Source: a virus
Taxonomy: Duplodnaviria; Caudoviricetes
DNA: 48,562 nt
IMG/VR virus record: IMGVR_UViG_3300033518_000147
Location: 1 to 48,562 of that record
Strand: one strand, 5' to 3'
In this document: positions 7,561 through 17,667 of the stretch, one piece after another
How the letters are laid out: each line of letters opens with the position of its first letter
Position numbering within the stretch: position 1 is the stretch's first letter
Notes under the pieces: model-generated
Database searches by the model: none
What the model saw: only the letters and a program-made list of their open reading frames with translations
What the model was told of the DNA's origin: nothing
Made by a program: the position numbers and the translations under genes

Positions 7561-7815
7561 ATAGGAGAGAGTATTATTAAAATTGTGGGAAAGCGGGAAG
7601 AAATAGAGAGGAAAGCGTAATAAAAACCAAGTCTGTTTAGATCCCGTCTTTCTTATTCTCACCATTTCCACAATTTATTAGCAAAAATAATAATTTTGGT
7701 TAAATTTACGCCTATTTTATGTCAACGTCCACACTATTTACCTAAAGCTAAAACTACTAATACTAATAAAAAGTAAAATATTCGTGAATCATAGTCATTC
7801 CACTAATAATCTAAC

Positions 7816-8715
7816 GCACGCCTATTATAAAAAACAATTGATTTACGGGGTATTTTTGGGTGTTTTCGAGGAGAAAAAGAGAAAAGAAAAAAAGAGGCAC
7901 GAAAAAACACGGGCTGAGACAAAAATTATTTTTAAATCTCTTCGCAATTAAATAGAAAATTGCAAGTAGTAAACTATCATAATAATAGCACGCCTTTGAT
8001 AACATTAATCGCACGCCATTAGTATCATTCATAGCACGCTATCATTGAAATGAAAGCACGCCCTCTCTACGCCATAACGCATTGCTCCTTAGTGCCTTAT
8101 CGCAGTGCCATAACGCAACGATAGACGGACGATCTGCCGGGTTTACTCGGCTTTATTGGTGTGCTGGGGTTGGGAAGACATTAGAAGCCTGACGCTTGGA
8201 TGAAAAACAGCAAGGGGTACTCCCGGGGGTAGGCTTTTCTTTTGGGGGTGCGGGATTTGGGAAGGCGTAGATATATACACATTTCTGGGTACAAGCCTTT
8301 CCACTGATCGCACCTCTGTTAATGGTTTTAAACACGCACGCCTAGTGTGTGGGCATTAAACGCTTGATAAAGCAATGGTCTTAATCGCTTGATAAAGCCG
8401 TGTCTATTAACGTCTGCCTTAGTGTGGTTAATCTCCTTTCAATTAATGGTGTTAAATGGTCTGCTTGTGTTAGTTGCATAAAACAACAATATAGCAAGAC
8501 AATGAGTGATCTTATCGCACGCCTATTAATGAGGGGTGGGGTAGTACGGGGTAGTCCTTTATAGTGCTAAAACAAGCAATAAAGCGGGTCTTTTCATTTA
8601 AAAAATGCACGGTTATACTATTCTTATGTTGGTAAACGTATTTAATAAAAAAAGATTAACAAAGAGGTACTTTTATGAGTAATAGCACTGCAAATAATGA
8701 GATGGATGGCACGCC
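7816..8715. repeat. Repeated GCACGCC motif upstream of and into terS
   Basis: Copies at 7816, 7988, 8011, 8034 (GCACGCT), 8056, 8336, 8517, 8709; four are spaced 22-23 bp apart. Confidence 0.75.
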
Positions 8716-9313
8716 TATAGAAGAAGAAGACGATAAGCCTGTTTCGGGTAAAACGCAATGGGTGTCTCCTTATATTCAGTCCTTGGATCTAGAAGCAGCA
8801 ATCGGAAAAAAGATAACCAAGAAACAAGAGCACTTCGCAATGTTATTGTCTCGTGCGGGGATTGATAACATGACCGATTACATGTGTTATAAAATAGCCT
8901 ATGGTAGAGATAACGATACCATGGAAACCCTACGTGTTAATGCATCTAAAACTAAAGCTATTCCTGCTGTAACAGAAGCGGTTAAATACTTTAAAGACTT
9001 CTTCTCAAAGAAAGCGGTAAAGTCGTTTGAGTATGGTGTGGAAGAAGCCTTTCGTGATTATGAAGAGGCTCATGCTATTGCTAGGGAAAAGAGAGACGCT
9101 AAAACAATGGTGTTGTGCACTTCTAAGAAAGCAGAATTGAACGGCTTAATTATCAAGAGAACGGAAAATATTACTCCGGAAAGATCTATTGACGCATTGG
9201 ATCAAGAGATACTGCAATTCTTAAAGAGCCTACCTAAGGATATAGTAAAGAGAGTAGCGGAAGATGTAACGGATATAGAAGTGATAGAGGCTAAGAAAAT
9301 AGGTAATAAGTAA
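8675..9313 (+). CDS. terS: Terminase small subunit
   Basis: ITKKQEHFA...YKIAY N-terminal HTH pattern, helical oligomerisation region (KAELNGL); first gene of the packaging module. Confidence 0.8.
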   Translation: MSNSTANNEMDGTPIEEEDDKPVSGKTQWVSPYIQSLDLEAAIGKKITKKQEHFAMLLSRAGIDNMTDYMCYKIAYGRDNDTMETLRVNASKTKAIPAVTEAVKYFKDFFSKKAVKSFEYGVEEAFRDYEEAHAIAREKRDAKTMVLCTSKKAELNGLIIKRTENITPERSIDALDQEILQFLKSLPKDIVKRVAEDVTDIEVIEAKKIGNK

Positions 9314-9379
9314 TTTGACATTGTATTTTATTGTGTCAAGATAATAAGTGGTTTCAATATATATACAAGGAGAACCACT

Positions 9380-10282
9380 ATGAACCCGTCTTATACCAAT
9401 GAGTATTCTAATTTTAAAGAGCAATTAAAACTACTCAATCCGTCAATGCAAATCACGTTTACTTTAAATGACAGTAAACAAATCGTCTGCAATTATTCCG
9501 ACATTGAAGCAAAGAACGACTTGCTCATTATTAAAAGCAATTCGGATGCTTCAATAAATATCATACCTTTATCTAGCGTTGCATACATTACTGGTAAAAG
9601 TAATGATCATGTATTAAAGGTCGATCATATTGCTAAATATAGTCCCGTAAAATCGGAGATCCATTCTGATAAAAAAAGAAGACTGGTGTTAGCTGGAAAT
9701 CAGACAGGTAAAACGACCATCATTCTTTCAGAAATAGTGAATCTGCTTAGAAACAAGAATAAGAAAATTTTTGATCAAGCATTTCCTCCTTATCGCTATG
9801 TTCAGATAGACCATGCTTTTTGCGATATTGTTTATGCAACCTATAATTCATTTGGTTTAAAAGTTTTTGCTGATAAACTAAAATGCCTTATGGGAAATAA
9901 TATTAACATCACGTATGAAGGAGGAATTCCGAAATATGCATCATCAGATTTTATAAAAGGCAAGATCATATTTATATCATATGAAAGCTATTTGGGAGAT
10001 TTAAAGCAATATGATAACGTACACTCGTTTTATTTTGATGAAGAGCCTCCACTTTCTTTTGTACAGTGTTTAAGTCTCCTTAATCAAAACGTTAATGTGC
10101 TGTGCTGTATGACTCCATTAAACGGGTTATCTGAATCAGTCAAGTTTATGAAAAGAAACGATTATCAAGAATATAATTTATCAGTCGATGAATGTAATTT
10201 TCATTCAAAAGAGAGAAAAGAATTTATTCAAGATAGTTATACAAGAGCCAATTGTATTAGCAGATATCACGGCATGTATTGA
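9380..10282 (+). CDS. Truncated terminase-large-subunit ATPase paralog with an unrelated (Sm/Hfq-like?) N-terminal domain
   Basis: Walker A AGNQTGKT, Walker B FYFDEEPP, coupling motif MTP; ends before the nuclease domain. Confidence 0.8.
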   Translation: MNPSYTNEYSNFKEQLKLLNPSMQITFTLNDSKQIVCNYSDIEAKNDLLIIKSNSDASINIIPLSSVAYITGKSNDHVLKVDHIAKYSPVKSEIHSDKKRRLVLAGNQTGKTTIILSEIVNLLRNKNKKIFDQAFPPYRYVQIDHAFCDIVYATYNSFGLKVFADKLKCLMGNNINITYEGGIPKYASSDFIKGKIIFISYESYLGDLKQYDNVHSFYFDEEPPLSFVQCLSLLNQNVNVLCCMTPLNGLSESVKFMKRNDYQEYNLSVDECNFHSKERKEFIQDSYTRANCISRYHGMY

Positions 10283-10303
10283 TTAAATTTATTCTTATCT
10301 ACT

Positions 10304-10329
10304 AAAAGGGGCTTTATAGTCCCTTTTTT
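10304..10329 (+). terminator. Intrinsic terminator
   Basis: AAAAGGGGCT-TTAT-AGTCCCTTTTTT. Confidence 0.75.
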
Positions 10330-10368
10330 ATTTGGTATTCTGTTATTGTATTAAAGGAGTATCTAATA

Positions 10369-11136
10369 ATGACTGAACGTGTTTATGGTTGGGTTCCTGA
10401 TGTGTCGGATCATCGGGATTTATATTTCTCTGCTACTTCTTCCTTTGGAGTTCGTCTTCCTGATCATGTAGAAATAATGGGAAGAGATAATCCGATAGAA
10501 AATCAGGGCTCACTTGGTTCATGCACAGGAAACGCTGTTACTTCTGCTTTTGAAATAGTATTAGATGTCAATCCAAAGTCTCGGTTATTTGTTTATTACA
10601 ACGCACGCCTAATTGAAAATTCTGTTGATATTGACGCTGGTGCAATGTTACGTGATTGCATAAAAGGCTTAATCAAGTATGGTGTATGCAACGAGTATAC
10701 GTGGGAATATGATATCTCCAAATTTGCTGTAAAGCCTTCTGATTCTTGCTACGAGGAAGCATTAGATATGACTACGATCATAGAGAGATATGAAAGAGTT
10801 ACAACATTAAAAGATATTAAGATTGCTTTGTCTAATGGCTTGCCTGTAATATTTGGATTTGCAGTTCCAGATTATTTCGATTCAGAAGATTATTCAAATG
10901 GGCATGTATTACGTTTACCTACCGATAGAGACGCTATTGTTGGTGGGCATGCTGTTGTAGCAGTTGGGTATGACGATAGAGAATCTGTGCCAATAATTCA
11001 TGTAAGAAATTCTTGGGGAACCAGATGGGGAGATGACGGTTATTTCAAAATGGATCAAAAGTGGTTTACAGATAAGCGTAGGCTTTGTGATGATATGTGG
11101 GTCATTCATCCAATTACTAAAACGGATGGTGTTTAA
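10369..11136 (+). CDS. Papain-family (C1A, xylellain-like) cysteine protease
   Basis: QGSLGSCTGNA (catalytic Cys), GGHAV (His), RNSWG (Asn); N-terminal YGWVPDxxDHRD. Confidence 0.93.
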   Translation: MTERVYGWVPDVSDHRDLYFSATSSFGVRLPDHVEIMGRDNPIENQGSLGSCTGNAVTSAFEIVLDVNPKSRLFVYYNARLIENSVDIDAGAMLRDCIKGLIKYGVCNEYTWEYDISKFAVKPSDSCYEEALDMTTIIERYERVTTLKDIKIALSNGLPVIFGFAVPDYFDSEDYSNGHVLRLPTDRDAIVGGHAVVAVGYDDRESVPIIHVRNSWGTRWGDDGYFKMDQKWFTDKRRLCDDMWVIHPITKTDGV

Positions 11137-11264
11137 TGGGAATGGAGAATTACATTAACGCAATCATAGTCTTATATTGCCTTATGGTAGTCGTTCCATG
11201 TGCTATAAGAATGTCTTTGGTTGCTTATGGATTGTATAAAGTATTTAATAGAGATAAAAAGTAA
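11136..11264 (+). CDS. Small 42-aa hydrophobic, probably membrane, protein (not in the ORF track)
   Basis: TAATG overlap with the protease stop; MGMENYINAIIVLYCLMVVVPCAIRMSLVAYGLYKVFNRDKK. Confidence 0.5.
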   Translation: MGMENYINAIIVLYCLMVVVPCAIRMSLVAYGLYKVFNRDKK

Positions 11265-11402
11265 GCAATATATTATGCTTATTTGATTGGAGTGTTTTTG
11301 TCTTATAGTATGTGCTTGCGTATTCATTATAAACTGATCTATACATTAGACAATACTTTTGATAAAGTTTAGTTATTCAATCGAACGGCTATTGATTAAT
11401 TT

Positions 11403-12920
11403 ATGAATAAAGAACAAGAAGAAGAATTACTATCCTATCAAGATTTAATAGATCACCTCGATCCGTCAAGAAAACGCATTCTATTAAAGTTATTAGATGA
11501 AAGAAAAGCTGCTAAAGAAAAAGAAGAATTAGAGTATAGACGTAATGCTCTATCTCGTTACGACCCCGTTCCTAAGCAGCGTGAATTCCATAATGCTGGA
11601 CTTACTTTTAGAGAGCGTCTATTCATGGCAGCAAATCAAGTAGGTAAAACATTGGCGGGAGCAAATGAACTTGCTATTCATGCAACGGGAAAATATCCTG
11701 CTGATTGGCAAGGTTATGTATTTGATGGTCCTGGTCCTTTTATAGCTATCTGTGGATCTCCTACATATGAGACTAATACGAAAGGAATTCAAAAAGAATT
11801 AATCGGTTCTTCCATTGATAAAACCACAATGGGAACAAAAGCCATTCCATTTGATTGCATTGTTGATTACAACTTTAATCCTGGATGTGAAGGTGCTCTT
11901 TCTTCTATCGTGGTTAAACACGTATCAGGACAAAACTCAATAATAAAGTTTGCTGCTTATGCTCAGGGTTGTGAAAAATGGGCATCAGACACCGTTAACT
12001 ATGTATGGTTTGATGAAGAGCCTCCTGAAGATATTTTCTTTGAAGGACTTACTAGAACTAATAAATTAGACGGATTAATTGTAGTTACTGCAACTCCTTT
12101 ATTTGGTATGTCTTCGGTGATTAAACGCTTCTATAAAGAACCAAAACCGGAATTAAAGAATAGATGCAAGTACGTGCAAATGGGGATTATGGACGCACTG
12201 CACTATCCTGAGCATAGAAGAAAAGAGATTGTAAATAATTATCCTCCACACGAACGAGACGCTAGAGCTTATGGTATTCCAATCTTTGGATCTGGCTTAG
12301 TCTTTCCTATAAATATAGACAATGTAATTATGACTCCTATTGAGATCCCTAAACATTGGGCTGTATTAGGTGGTATTGACTTTGGATGGGCTCACTTTAC
12401 TGGTGTTATTAAAATGGTTTGGGATCGTGATCACGATGTAATCTATGTCGTTTGTTGTTATCGGGTAAAAGAAACTCCTGCTGACTTAATCTATTCTGCT
12501 GTGAAGTCGTGGGGAAATATTGAGTACGCATGGCCACATGACGGACTGCAACATGAAAAAGGTGGTGGAGAACAATTGGCTGTGCAATATAAAGAAGCAG
12601 GTTTCAAGATGCTCGATCAAAGAGCAACCTTTGAAGAAGGGGGTAATAGTGTTGAGGCTGGTATTCTTGAAATGATGTCACGATTTGAAAAGGGTAAGTT
12701 AAAGATCTTTTCTAACTGTGTTGAATTAATAGACGAATTAAGGCAATATCATAGAAAGAACGGCGTAATAGTAAAAGAAGGTGATGACACTATTTGTGCT
12801 CTACGTTACGCAATAATGATGAAACGATTTGCAACAGTGGAAAAACCGCTTATCCCTAAATGGATGCAAAGTTTGCGGTATAGCTCTAATAGCTCTGGAT
12901 TGAATAGACAGACAGCATAA
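11403..12920 (+). CDS. terL: Terminase large subunit (P22-like)
   Basis: PKQREFH, AANQVGKT, VWFDEEPP, TATP; nuclease motifs GIDFG, WPHDG, DDTICALRYA. Confidence 0.96.
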   Translation: MNKEQEEELLSYQDLIDHLDPSRKRILLKLLDERKAAKEKEELEYRRNALSRYDPVPKQREFHNAGLTFRERLFMAANQVGKTLAGANELAIHATGKYPADWQGYVFDGPGPFIAICGSPTYETNTKGIQKELIGSSIDKTTMGTKAIPFDCIVDYNFNPGCEGALSSIVVKHVSGQNSIIKFAAYAQGCEKWASDTVNYVWFDEEPPEDIFFEGLTRTNKLDGLIVVTATPLFGMSSVIKRFYKEPKPELKNRCKYVQMGIMDALHYPEHRRKEIVNNYPPHERDARAYGIPIFGSGLVFPINIDNVIMTPIEIPKHWAVLGGIDFGWAHFTGVIKMVWDRDHDVIYVVCCYRVKETPADLIYSAVKSWGNIEYAWPHDGLQHEKGGGEQLAVQYKEAGFKMLDQRATFEEGGNSVEAGILEMMSRFEKGKLKIFSNCVELIDELRQYHRKNGVIVKEGDDTICALRYAIMMKRFATVEKPLIPKWMQSLRYSSNSSGLNRQTA

Positions 12921-12937
12921 TAATTATAGGATGTACT

Positions 12938-15061
12938 ATGAATGATTTAATGAAAGCAAGCGAATTATGGGAATTGTACCAATACGCTAAAGATAAGGGG
13001 CATGATGATTATTGCAAGAAAGCTAAGCGATTGGAGCAATTCTATCTCGGAGCTGGCGAACAGTACACACCGGAAGATGCTGCTTATTTGGATAAGTCTG
13101 GTCGTCCTACTTATGAATTAAACGACATTCAACCTGGCGTAAACAAGGCTATCTCTTATCAATTAAATAATCGTTCTGATATTGCTTATCGTCCTGCTGG
13201 TGGAAGATCGGATAATGCACTTGCAACCGTTCATACCAAAGTCGTTAAAAACGTCTTATCGAATAACAATTATGAGTTCCTAGAAAATCTGATGTTTCAA
13301 GACGGTGTAATTCAACAACGTGGTTACTTAAACGTCACAATGGATTTTGACGAAAATCCAGAACAAGGAGATATCAAGATAGAAGTGCCTGATCCTTATG
13401 ACGTTATACCTGATCCTGACGCTAAATCTTATGATCCTAAAGATTGGTCTTTCTGTATTAATACAAAATGGCTAACCAAATATGAGATTATGGCAAATTA
13501 TGGTGAGGCAAAGTGGAGGGAAGTAGAGAAAAACGACGATCCATCTCCCGATTTTGGAACAGACGATAACGAAACACAAAGAAATACCTTTTCAACCTCT
13601 GCTAAACGTAATACCTATTTTGGAGACTATCTCTGCAAGGACCATATCGGTACTAAGCGTTATAGAATTATCGACGTTCAAAGAAATGTGAGAGAACGCA
13701 CAGATGTATTGGTGTTTAGCGGTGGAGAAGTGAGAAAATCGAAAGGTTTATCTCCTAATGCTATTCAAGAATACATTAATCAAGGTGCTATTCCTGCAAA
13801 AATTATGATGAATAAGGTTTTATGGACGGTTTCCACTAAAAACGTGGTGCTTTTTGATGAAGAAAGCCCGTTTGATACCTTTACTACCATTCTTTATTCT
13901 CCTATTTTTCGTAGAGGTAAGACTCAAGGCTTAGTAGATAACGCTATTGACCCTCAAGAAATGAGAAATAAAGCGATTTCCTCGTTTATGCATGTACTTA
14001 ATTCTTCTGCTAATGGTGGTTGGATCACAGAAGAGGGAAGTATTGTTAACATGGATGAAGAAAGCTTTAAAGAAAATGGATCTAAAACGGGTCTGCATGT
14101 AGTTATCAAAAAAGGAGCTACTGCACCTCAAAAAATTACACCTAATCAAATTCCGCAAGGATTTGAGACGGCTTTTCAGATTGCTTCTACTGCTTTAAAA
14201 GACTCTATTCTGCAAGATGTCTCTATGGGTATTAACTCTGATGAAGTATCTTCTCTTGCTATTAAGGCAAAGAACCGCATTGCTAAACAACAATTAGATA
14301 TGGCACTCTTTAATCTGAAATATACGAGACGCATATTAGGTAGAAAGTTATTAGAACTCATTCAAAAGTTTTATGACGGTGAAAGAGTGATCCGTATTAC
14401 TGAATTAGACAGATTAGGTAAACCAGTGGAAAGTACGCTTGTTGTTAACAAAGAACGTCCTGATGGATCCATTGAAAACGATTTAACCATTGGTAAATTC
14501 GATGTCGTTACTTCTGAGACGCAAAACCGTGATGTTACGGACGATACTGAATTCAATAAGATCATGGAAATGAAACAGTACGGCATTAACTTCCCTGATA
14601 AGCACGCTATCCTTGCTTCTAACATTGAATCGAAATATGAAATTGTGGAAGAAATGGAAGCTGCTTCTGCTAATGCTCAACCTGATCCAATGCAAGAGAC
14701 ACAAATCGAAGTAATGAAATCGGGAATAGAAAAGGTTAAAGCCGAAATTGAGGGGATCCGTGCTAAAACGTTTGACACGAATGCTACTGGATTGTTTAAA
14801 TCCATTCAAACAGGATTAGGAATATTGCAAGACGCAACAGTATCAAAGATTGCCGATGAAGTGGCTAAATCGTCTGGCTTTGTGGATTTAAATGGATCTC
14901 CTACCTTTATGACTGCTCCTGGTGCTGCGATCCTATCCAATGGTCCTACTGCTCCAGTGGTGCAAACGGGTCCTATTAATAACCCTATGAGTCCTCCTCC
15001 TCCTTTAAATCCTGGTCCTCCTAGTACTGGAATGAATGGGATTGAAACTTTACAAAAATAG
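12938..15061 (+). CDS. Portal protein (P22-like)
   Basis: 707 aa directly after terL; FYLGAGEQY...GRP, GLVDNAIDPQEMRNK, ERVIRI, NDLTIGKFDV. Confidence 0.92.
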   Translation: MNDLMKASELWELYQYAKDKGHDDYCKKAKRLEQFYLGAGEQYTPEDAAYLDKSGRPTYELNDIQPGVNKAISYQLNNRSDIAYRPAGGRSDNALATVHTKVVKNVLSNNNYEFLENLMFQDGVIQQRGYLNVTMDFDENPEQGDIKIEVPDPYDVIPDPDAKSYDPKDWSFCINTKWLTKYEIMANYGEAKWREVEKNDDPSPDFGTDDNETQRNTFSTSAKRNTYFGDYLCKDHIGTKRYRIIDVQRNVRERTDVLVFSGGEVRKSKGLSPNAIQEYINQGAIPAKIMMNKVLWTVSTKNVVLFDEESPFDTFTTILYSPIFRRGKTQGLVDNAIDPQEMRNKAISSFMHVLNSSANGGWITEEGSIVNMDEESFKENGSKTGLHVVIKKGATAPQKITPNQIPQGFETAFQIASTALKDSILQDVSMGINSDEVSSLAIKAKNRIAKQQLDMALFNLKYTRRILGRKLLELIQKFYDGERVIRITELDRLGKPVESTLVVNKERPDGSIENDLTIGKFDVVTSETQNRDVTDDTEFNKIMEMKQYGINFPDKHAILASNIESKYEIVEEMEAASANAQPDPMQETQIEVMKSGIEKVKAEIEGIRAKTFDTNATGLFKSIQTGLGILQDATVSKIADEVAKSSGFVDLNGSPTFMTAPGAAILSNGPTAPVVQTGPINNPMSPPPPLNPGPPSTGMNGIETLQK

Positions 15062-15127
15062 TGCTATTCTGTTAGGTAGGGTGTAATAGCCCTACTATTC
15101 TAAAATAATAATAACGGAGATAACACT

Positions 15128-16156
15128 ATGGCTGATACTAGTTCATTTGACTTTAACTACGAGGATCTAAATGCTCCCAGAGATTTAAGTCTGTTAGGTG
15201 GAACAGATTTTGACGCTACATCGGATACATCCTCTTCTAGCGAAGACGACACAACGCAAACAGATCCAGCAACGGTAGAGGTGCAAGATGATAAAGACAC
15301 AAAGAGCACAACAGATACAACTGCACAAGATCCAGCTGGAACAAGTAGCCAAGATGATTCAAAAGATAAAGAAGTCGATACTGCAACAACAGAAGATAAA
15401 ACAGAAAAGTCTGAGAAGAAAAACACTGATCTTATCCCTGCTGCTCGATTATCAAAGGTCACTCATGAACGCAATGAGTTGAAAGCTCAATTAGCTGCAC
15501 TGCAAGCTCAAGTAGATGCACAAAAACCCGTAGTCATTCCTGAGGTTACTCAACTATCCGAAAACTCTTCTAAATTTGATTTAAAAGCAAAACAAAAGGC
15601 TTTTATAGATGCTGTACAAGAGGGTAATGGTGAGGCAGCTTTACAAATTCAAGAAGAAATAAACGACTATAAAGACGAAGTACAAAACAAGAAATTGGAA
15701 GAGCGTGCACGTGCATTAGAGATCAAGCGTTTAAATGAACAACAAGAATTATTAGCAAACAATACTGCTTTCGTTGTATTGCAACAATATAAATTCTTAG
15801 ATGAAAATCATCCTACTAAAAATCAAGAGGCTATTGATGAAGTAAGAGACTTTCGTATTATGTATGAAAGCAAGGGATTTACTACTGCTCAAGCATTGCT
15901 TAAAGCGGTAGAACGGGTGGTCCCTTTATACAATGAAAGCACTTCTGACGCTCCATCCACTACTGCAACATCAGGAAAGAGACAACAAGAGAGTGTTTCT
16001 AAGGCTTTAGAGACTTCTTCAAGAATTCCTCCTAAAACTAATAGTATTGGAATAGGTAATAAACCAGATATCGGACGTATTAATGTTGAAAAAATGTCGC
16101 AAAATGATTATGAAAAACTTTCAATGACAGAAAGACGTAAGTTATTAGGTGGTTAA
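15128..16156 (+). CDS. Capsid scaffolding protein
   Basis: Acidic disordered N-terminus, IPAARL then coiled coil, C-terminal MSQNDYEKLS; between portal and capsid. Confidence 0.8.
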   Translation: MADTSSFDFNYEDLNAPRDLSLLGGTDFDATSDTSSSSEDDTTQTDPATVEVQDDKDTKSTTDTTAQDPAGTSSQDDSKDKEVDTATTEDKTEKSEKKNTDLIPAARLSKVTHERNELKAQLAALQAQVDAQKPVVIPEVTQLSENSSKFDLKAKQKAFIDAVQEGNGEAALQIQEEINDYKDEVQNKKLEERARALEIKRLNEQQELLANNTAFVVLQQYKFLDENHPTKNQEAIDEVRDFRIMYESKGFTTAQALLKAVERVVPLYNESTSDAPSTTATSGKRQQESVSKALETSSRIPPKTNSIGIGNKPDIGRINVEKMSQNDYEKLSMTERRKLLGG

Positions 16157-16174
16157 ATACCACTAAATCAATAT

Positions 16175-16197
16175 AAACCCGCACTAAGCGGGTTTTT
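16175..16197 (+). terminator. Intrinsic terminator
   Basis: AAACCCGC-ACTAA-GCGGGTTTTT. Confidence 0.8.
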
Positions 16198-16427
16198 CTA
16201 TGTTTATTTGCAAATTATTTTATGTAATCTATTGATTTTCATTAATTAGGTATGGTAAATATATATTTAAGTGTCTAGATCACTCAAAATCTTGTTTCGC
16301 TATGGTGTAGCGTTGTAATGCCAAAAGGGTCACTCCTTAAATAAGTGTTTTACCGAGATACACGGGTCAATTGTATTAAGTGTTAAGAGCACAAATAAAA
16401 ATCAAATCATTAATTAGGAGTTTAATC

Positions 16428-17546
16428 ATGCCGGATACACAATTCACGCTGACTCAATCTGAAAAGGTTGCTTGGTCAAAAGAAGCTATTAAAGCTTATA
16501 GAGAAAAATTATTTTTCAAACCATTTATCGGAAATAGTACAGAATCAATAATTCAGCAATTCACTGAATTAGATAGCAATTCGGTTACTGGTGGAACAAT
16601 AAGAATGGGTTTAGTTGATGACTTAGGTGGGACTGGTAAGGGTGGAGATTCTGATATTGAAGATGCTTCTGAAGCAATGACTTCCAGCGAACTCGATATC
16701 CTTATCGACACATTATCTCACTCTACTATGTCTCATGGACGTTTAGAAGACAAACGTGCTCACTTCAATTTTAGAGAGCAAGCTAAAGACAAGTTAGGTC
16801 GTTGGATGGCTAAGGCTATTGACGAGTTAATGTTCAATACATTGTATGGAACATCTTACGCTTTAAAATTAGATGGTTCAGCTCGTGTTGTTCCTGCTAA
16901 TCAAGACGCTTGGACTACTCAACGTTATGCTGCTGATGTTTCTGCTGCTACTGCTGGACGTCATTTTAACTGGACTGGAACTGCTTTAGTTGCCGGTGAT
17001 ACTACGACTGTCACTACTGCTTATACCGCTTCCTATAAAATGTTGTTAAAGGTTAAAGCAAAAGCTCATTTATCTGGTATCAAGCCTTTGATTATAGGTG
17101 GAAAAGAGTTCTACGCTATCATAATGCATCCTGATGCATTCACAGCATTGAAATTGGATGCTGATTTCAGAGCCAACTTGATCAATGGATTACCAAGAAG
17201 CGGTGAGAATCCAATATTCACGGGTGCTGATGAAGTTACTATGGACGGATTAATAATCTATACACATAGAAACGCTTTGAACACTACGGGTGTTGCTTCT
17301 GGATCCAAGTGGGGTGTTGGTGGTTTAGTTGAAGGTTCTTCTTGCTTGGTGTTAGGTGTGCAAGCTCTTGGATATGCAAATATCTACGGAAAAATGAAGT
17401 GGGACGAAAAACTCTTTAACTTTGATCGTAAAACGGGTATTGCTGTATCCATGATGTTTGGTATGAGAAAAACAAAATTCAAATCTGAATACAATGGAAA
17501 TGCTGTTGAAGACTTCGGCGCATTACGTGTAAACATTGCTATCTGA
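16428..17546 (+). CDS. Major capsid protein (N4-gp56/DUF4043-like)
   Basis: Start at ATG 16428 after AGGAG; NFREQAKDKLGRW, IMHPD, NPIFTG, EDFG; followed by a strong terminator. Confidence 0.92.
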   Translation: MPDTQFTLTQSEKVAWSKEAIKAYREKLFFKPFIGNSTESIIQQFTELDSNSVTGGTIRMGLVDDLGGTGKGGDSDIEDASEAMTSSELDILIDTLSHSTMSHGRLEDKRAHFNFREQAKDKLGRWMAKAIDELMFNTLYGTSYALKLDGSARVVPANQDAWTTQRYAADVSAATAGRHFNWTGTALVAGDTTTVTTAYTASYKMLLKVKAKAHLSGIKPLIIGGKEFYAIIMHPDAFTALKLDADFRANLINGLPRSGENPIFTGADEVTMDGLIIYTHRNALNTTGVASGSKWGVGGLVEGSSCLVLGVQALGYANIYGKMKWDEKLFNFDRKTGIAVSMMFGMRKTKFKSEYNGNAVEDFGALRVNIAI

Positions 17547-17564
17547 TCGTAGCATAATATAAAG

Positions 17565-17592
17565 AAAGCCCGTTAATAGCCGGGCTTTTTTT
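17565..17592 (+). terminator. Intrinsic terminator after the capsid gene
   Basis: AAAGCCCG...CGGGCTTTTTTT. Confidence 0.85.
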
Positions 17593-17667
17593 CATTCTTG
17601 CATTAATAATCTTATTTTGATATATTGTAATAGTGATTAATCACATACATAATAAAGGAGAATAACA

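Noticed and set aside
7811-8335. Short minus-strand ORFs (73 aa, 60 aa) in the non-coding region
   Set aside because: Low-complexity translations of repeats and homopolymer runs, with no convincing SD
16380-16427. N-terminal extension of the capsid protein from the ORF track
   Set aside because: A strong AGGAG SD precedes ATG 16428
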